NCBI GenBank assembly: GCA_032718475.1
Contig: JAUCBJ010005846.1
Coordinates: 1-39,420, forward strand
Length of the DNA: 39,420 bases
Direction: 5' to 3'
Source: Nemertoderma westbladi
Taxonomy: Eukaryota; Animalia; Xenacoelomorpha
The position numbers and the translations under genes were made by a program. Shown piece by piece: positions 33,386-39,420 of this stretch. A model generated the notes under the pieces. The model was not told the DNA's origin, did not search any database, and saw nothing but the letters and a program-made list of their open reading frames with translations. How positions within the stretch are numbered: position 1 is the first letter of the stretch; every line of letters begins with the position of its first letter.

Positions 33386-33705
33386 TCACTTAAGAACATG
33401 GTTGTCAATAACAATCTAGGTTGCACGACATGAAAGCTTAGGACTATTTTTAATTAATTAATAAATGTAAAAAAGTAAATTCAACTAAACAAATATATTA
33501 TTACATAGGATATGTGGTGTTATAGGGAGCGGCGGTGGAGGAGGCGGGGGGGGGGGGGGGGGGGGGGTTGGTTAACCACATTTAGGTGGGTCTAATAATG
33601 AATACCTTACATGTACACATCCCGTACTCGACAAACATGGTTACATTTTTTATTTTTCATATAGTCATTCTGTCTAATTTTTTAATACCAATATATTATA
33701 AAGAT

Positions 33706-34830
33706 ATGGTATATCATATTTTTTATTATTATTTTATAATGTTATAATGTCGTAATACATTGTAAGTTTTCATGTTATAGATAAACTATATTTTACTTCC
33801 AATAATATTACAGTGCGAGACGTTTCTATAGTGCGTCTGTATTGCAACTGCCTAAACCATATTCAAGGTAGTCCTACTACTGTACTACGTGTGCCTCAAT
33901 GGAAGTTAATAGATTCAAACTGGCCGTATAAATTGTGCATTACTAATTATGCAATTAATTATGTAATAATTATTATGCATTACTACAATGTTGTTATAAC
34001 CATGAAGTTAGGTAATATTTCCGCATTTTCAAGGAAAATGATTTTAACTGATACCTTAAAACTTATATGAAACCTTAAATATGTAAACCTTATATAATAT
34101 AATAATATATAATTATATAAAAACCTAAAATATTATTTACATTATATCCCGTGGTGTGATATTACTTTATTATCTACACATATATATTCACACTATATTA
34201 GGAGTATGTACCTATTGTATATGCATATTGCTAATTAACTAATACTGTTACTTATGTTTGCAATAAATATAATTTTGTTAATTAAAAAGTTTATAAATTA
34301 TAAATATACTTTATGGTATATCATATTTTTTATTATTATTTTATAATGTCGCTAATTTTCATCACTTATACTCAATGTTTTAGATAAACTATATTTTACT
34401 TCCAATAATATTACAGTGCGAGACGTTTTTGTAGTGCGTCTGTATTGCAACTACTTAAACCATATGCATTCAAGGTAGTCCTACTACGATGTGTGCCTAA
34501 ATGGAAGTTAATTGATTCAAACTGGCCGTATAAATTATGCATTACTACGTGATATGTTATGTAAACTTAGGTAATATTTCCGTACTTTCAAATGAAATGA
34601 TTTTAACTGATATCTTACAACTTATGTGAAACACCATATATATATATCGTATTATATCCGGTGGATCTTTATTATCTATAGGCATATATATATATATATA
34701 CACACATTTGGCAGTATGTACCTATTGTATATGCATATTAATTGCTAATTCATTAATACTGTTACTTAAGTTTGCAATAATTATAATATTGTTAATTAAA
34801 AAGTTTATAAATTATTATACATATACTTTT
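33706..34830. repeat. Diverged tandem duplication, ~600-bp unit, 2 copies; a partial third copy at ~36445-36560
   Basis: ATGGTATATCATATTTTTTATTATT at ~33706 and ~34313; TAGATAAACTATATTTTACTTCCAATAATATTACAGTGCGAGACG in both copies. Confidence 0.85.
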
Positions 34831-34869
34831 TATTATATATTATATATATGACAATATATTCCAGGACAT

Positions 34870-35100
34870 GTTGTAGCCTAGTTTCCCTCCCTGTGTTTGT
34901 TTGGCTAATGGGAGGTAAGGAGAGTTAGTTCGGCTGCGCTTACGCATAGTACCTATGTTTTAACTGTTTTGCAAATAGCTTAGTCTTGTGTTGGTTTATA
35001 TAGATTCAATGTGAATATCCGATCACACCACAATATAAATAATAACGGGAACCCTTATGGTCGCACAAATCACCAAGTAGTAAAGATTGCTTTATAAATA
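34870..35100. repeat. Dispersed direct repeat; second copy at ~37955-38208
   Basis: TAGCCTAGTTTCCCTCCCTGTGTTTGTT...CGGGAACCCTTATGGTCG...AAGTAGTAAAGATTGCTTTATAAATA in both. Confidence 0.85.
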
Positions 35101-35366
35101 ACTAGAAAGCCAGCAAGCTGGCTATAATAAGACGGTCTATAAAACAATAAAACCGAAAAACTAAATGATAATCCCCAATCAATCCAACATCAATCGCAAT
35201 CAATATGTAAGTAAACCTCGCCTACCATGCAATGCAGCCTTGGCGAAAGCAGAATTAATGTTATGATGACCAGTTCGGAGTTCCCAACAGACAACCCACT
35301 CCAACCATTGGATTTACTGAGACTCACTCAACACTACAACCAGCGTGTTACCTGTCTTCCCGAGAC

Positions 35367-35614
35367 CAGATAGGGGGGAAACTCGACGCAATAAAAATTC
35401 ATCCCTCTCCAGGGGAAATTCGACGCAAATAACAGTTGATTACTCTCAAAAATAAACTGTAACCTGTTCTATTGTGTTTAGTTTATTGATTTGGTTAAAA
35501 TAACGTGCCACTGTAACCTGCTCATTTCCCTAAATTGAGAATTTAACATTGAGACGTGATATTAATTCGCCAATTGGCCAATTTGCGTCCAGTTTCCCCC
35601 TCCCCCCCTGTCTC
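35367..35614 (+). mobile_element. MITE family A copy
   Basis: Full body with CAGATAGGGGGGAAACTCGACGCAA...TTGCGTCCAGTTTCCCCC..CTGTCTC; flanks do not form a TSD. Confidence 0.88.
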
Positions 35615-36443
35615 TGCACAAGAAAGACACAAAAATTTTTTTCGGGGATCATAAAACAGTAACAGTTAGGTCTATGTAAAATTACAGCAAGGAACGCTTT
35701 TTAAGTTTGTTAGTTAATTCTGACTGGGAACCCTGTTTTAAGGCCGCTGCCATTAACCTTGCGTACACTGTTTTTAAAGGTATGTTTCTAAAGGCACTTA
35801 ATACTGTAGCACCAATTAAAGAAATTAGTCTTAAACAACGCACTGAACCCTGGATGACCTCGGGTATTCTTAGTAATATCACTATCAGAGAAAGAGATAC
35901 TATTTGTATAATTATAGGAAATACCGTGTTTTAGCTGATTATAATAATTAGTGCAAATATAGAAACCTTGTCCAACGGGAAATAAAAAAAGCTAAATCTG
36001 AATATTTGTACAACAAAATAAGTGAGAATAAAGATAATCCTAAAAGTCTATGGTCTACCCGAAAATCTTTAGGTTATACAGTAAAAACCTTAAATCTAAA
36101 TCGAATATTGTTCTGCAAGAAAACGGTGTGCTGATTCATGATCATACTCTAGTTAGTAATTTATTTAATAATTATTTTACTAATGTTGCCTCTAATTTAG
36201 TTGAGAAGTTACCGTTATCAAGTAATAAATATAGTAGGGCCTATAGGGTCCGAAACTCTAAATAATTTTATTTAGACAAGTTACAAAATTCAGAAAAGTT
36301 ATTTTTAGAACCCGTTTCTGAGGATTTCGTTTCTCAAAATCTACTTAGCCTATCAGCCTCAAAAAGTACCGGTCTAGACTAATGTCTGCCCGTTTTCTTA
36401 AGGATGGTGCTGAAGTTCTTAAAGTACCTATTACTTTTATTAG
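35615..36443 (+). pseudogene. Degenerate CR1/L2-group LINE ORF2 fragment (endonuclease-RT linker into RT start)
   Basis: Across frameshifts and stops: CTRK, LNTVAPIK...EPWMT, YRNLVQREIKKAKSEY, ENKDNPKSLW, FNNYFTNVASNLVEKLP, KSTGLD, ARFLKDGAEVLKVPITFI. Confidence 0.85.
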
Positions 36444-38219
36444 TAGTATGTAACTATTGTATGATGCATGTTGCTAATTAACTAATAGTGTTACTTATGT
36501 TTGCAATAATTATAATTTTGTTAATTAAAAAGTTTAGAAATTATTATACATATACTTTTTCAGTTCATAGTTCAACGGCTTGTTAAAGGGTCCCCGGGTT
36601 GTTACAAATTTAAGTACCTGGGTCACATCTTTCTCTCCACCACTGATGACAATTACGAGTCTATACCGAGTTTATATCGATTTTATACCGCAAGTATTAA
36701 AAGTTTCCAAGACGTTAAATTTAATCTTTAACTCTCTTTCTGCACGCAAGTTTATTGTATTTTATTGAGGGCTCGAAGTAACAATTCTTTCGCAACGTAC
36801 AACAAATTTAATGTTGCCTATAACAATATAATTTAGAAAATTGTTCCGTTTTCGGTACGATCGCAGTGTATCATACATATGTGGTGCACTGAATCTTCCA
36901 AAACTTGTTCATGACCTTCACAGCATCACCTAACGCGTCTTCCGTTGGTGAGCCAGAATTTTTATTTTCGCTTTCAATTTTTTTAGCTTAAAAAGTGTTT
37001 GAAAAAGTATCTTGGCATTTTGCACCAGTCTACTGCAGTGATTCTTCAAGTTTAGTATAGTAGTTTGTTTATATAATATAAAACCAAATAGAAACCAGCC
37101 TCCCATCAAAAATGAGTAGGGTAGTTTGTATATATATATATATTTTTGGTTACAATGGAACGCTTCCCGTTCAAGAATTCCAAGTAAATGTAAAGATATT
37201 TGAATTTGGTTGGGAAATAGCTGAGTTTATGGTCATTCGAATGTTGCAGGTATCTGCTTCCGCTGCAGGCAAGGACTACTGAAGCAAGGATTGGCACACG
37301 CTAAATCCAGACTTCGCTAGCGAAGGCCATGTTGTTTTTGTTACCAGTAACCAGTTGAACTGATAAACATATACATTCTAGGGTAAAAAATTTTGGAGAA
37401 TCTATTTCTGGTATTAGTTATACCATATTAGTTATAAGTTATATTATTGCCAAGGCGACTCGGCAATGATGGTTCGCCATTCATCTACGGGAAGAACGTG
37501 GTCATTTGTATCTCCCACTGGCGAGGGTTTCCCGAGGATGTTCCACATATCAAGGTGGCCGGTGGGTCGTTGCGACCAACAGTGCCACCAAAAGAATTTC
37601 CCGGGGTACCGGCATCCTGTATACCGCGAGCACCTTCCACACCACGTCAAACTCCGTCTGTTGAAGAACGGCAGATGAGCTCATTGAACTCAAAGGACTT
37701 GGTAGCTGGGTTCCTTGAACTCGATGCTGGGATCAACTCCTGGGTCTGCTTCCCCTGCAGGCCATTTATTCTATTTAATAAATAAACCATGTTCTAGAAC
37801 AGTATGTTTATCTCATAAGTAGTTAGGCAACAAATGCCATGCCTATAATAATAATACTAGTACAGTAGTACATGGATATTCATTCATACATAAACATAAT
37901 GTTCTAGAGGGGGGGGGGGGGGGGGGGGGGGGTCACTGAATTATGAGTACATGGTATAGCCTAGTTTCCCTCCCTGTGTTTGTTGGGCTAATGGTAAGGA
38001 GGGTTAGTTCAGCTACGCTTGCACATAGTACCATGTTTTATCTGCTTTAAATAGCTTAGTCTTGTGTTAATTTATTTCCTTGATTACCCCTAATGACTGC
38101 AACATATATATTCAATGTAAATATCCAATTACACCACACTATAAATAATATCGGGAACCCTTATGGTCGTACAAATCACCTTAAGTAGTAAAGATTGCTT
38201 TATAAATAATTATGATTAG

Positions 38220-39420
38220 CCCTGAGAAAGAAATGATTGAAACACATTATGTGTAATTCTATTATAATAACTCAAGGTGCAAAAATTGAATTATATAGGT
38301 TTCTCGGCTATCTCGGATTTTTATTACTATAAAATAGCTAATTACTCTTATTAGATGCTTTAGGCCAAAGATCATATTGATCATGCTCAAAGATCATAAA
38401 AATGACCCATTTAGGCAAATTGACTAAAATTGTGTATATCACCCAATAGCGAATCCGTTTCGACCAAAAAGTTCCTAATTTTAAATCAATATCGCTCGCT
38501 TTGCCTTTTTGGTATATTATCGCCTACTTCCTGAAGGTCGCGATTCTCCTCTGATATTCGACTTGGCAGTCGGGGACCCGATTTTACAAAAATCAATTTA
38601 TCTCGGCTTCCGCTGGGTCTTTTTGAAAATTTAAAAAATTGACGAGCTCCTCTCATTGTTTCCCATCGATTGGCAGCATTAATTTCGATATTCCATCAAT
38701 AAATCATTCTTAATTAGCGCTAATTACTAATTACTGCATTTTTTAACGACTAATTGATTTTCCTCCACAACTCGAGAACATCTTAATTTACGATTCTGGG
38801 ACCGCTTCCGTTGGATAGATCTCGAGCCTCCCGACCATATCTCTTGTACATGTTTTTACTTTAAACGATTCCTTCCCGTAGTAATAGGCGAAAATATTAT
38901 CGGCCAATCGGCGACCTTCGTTGGCCCCGTAGACCCCCTAGAATTAATTTTTTTTAATTTTTTATTGGGTCCGTCAAGCATAATTCGGGGGTAAGGAACA
39001 TTTTGTAGTTTGTAACTTTTCCGAAATTCCCACTCCTTCTAGGTGTATTTCGCGAAAGATCAAAAAGATCGTGTTTGACCTTTGCCCGATCGAGACCCCT
39101 GCATCGGATCGTTTAGAAAAAAGTTATGGCTGGACTAACCCCTATACCCCTTACGCGATCCAAGCGTCGCCGTTTCCCCAGGTATTGCCAGTTTGGCTAA
39201 AAACGAAATGTCCATTTTGGCGGGAAATTCAAATTTTTTAATTTTAAATCGCTTATAACTCGAGAACCGCCGGTCAGATCGGGCCCAAATTTTTTTTTAG
39301 ACAACTAATTAGGGGGGTATTGTGGGGTACCTGTATCGGCGTTTTCCCCCAATATGCTCCCTTATACCCTATCTCGGCCACACCGTACACTTCTGGTATT
39401 TTGGATGAAATTATTATGTA
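38220..39420. mobile_element. Probable unclassified non-autonomous repeat running off the window end
   Basis: CpG-rich non-coding stretch with recurring motifs (ATCTCGG, AACTCGAGAAC, CGATC) unlike the flanks; no ORF and no paired ends visible. Confidence 0.3.

Noticed and set aside
29935-33419. Many overlapping ORFs in the 49-bp array
   Set aside because: The unit length is not a multiple of three; the ORFs are artefacts of the repeat.
28100-33600. Canonical Helitron 3' end (short GC-rich hairpin then CTRR)
   Set aside because: CTAG sites exist (for example ~33416), but I saw no convincing hairpin just upstream; the ends cannot be called from one copy.

Overview
AT-rich, repeat-dense eukaryotic DNA, probably from an invertebrate animal (inferred from spliceosomal introns, LINE/SINE/MITE content and poly-G runs). 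The main feature is an intact, uninterrupted 2538-aa ORF (20484-28100, +). It reads N- to C-terminus as OTU protease-like domain, Cys/His clusters, Helitron-type HUH/Y2 Rep nuclease, Pif1-type SF1B helicase and an SLX1-like GIY-YIG domain. This is a Helitron/Helentron-like rolling-circle transposase with GIY-YIG where Helentrons normally carry an AP endonuclease, and the usual GIY-YIG catalytic Arg and Glu look substituted. About 16 kb upstream, on the opposite strand, is a two-exon ~342-codon Cys-cluster gene that the ORF track splits into three pieces; it has a single in-frame TGA. Just downstream of the big ORF is a 1.65-kb element with ~250-bp terminal inverted repeats enclosing eight tandem ~72-nt hairpins. 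The rest is satellites (35, 46, 12 and 49 bp units), two MITE families with visible target-site duplications, RTE and CR1/L2 LINE fragments, a MULE transposase remnant, tRNA-derived SINE heads and local duplications. All domain calls are by eye from motifs; no searches were run, and the ends of the Helitron-like element could not be located.
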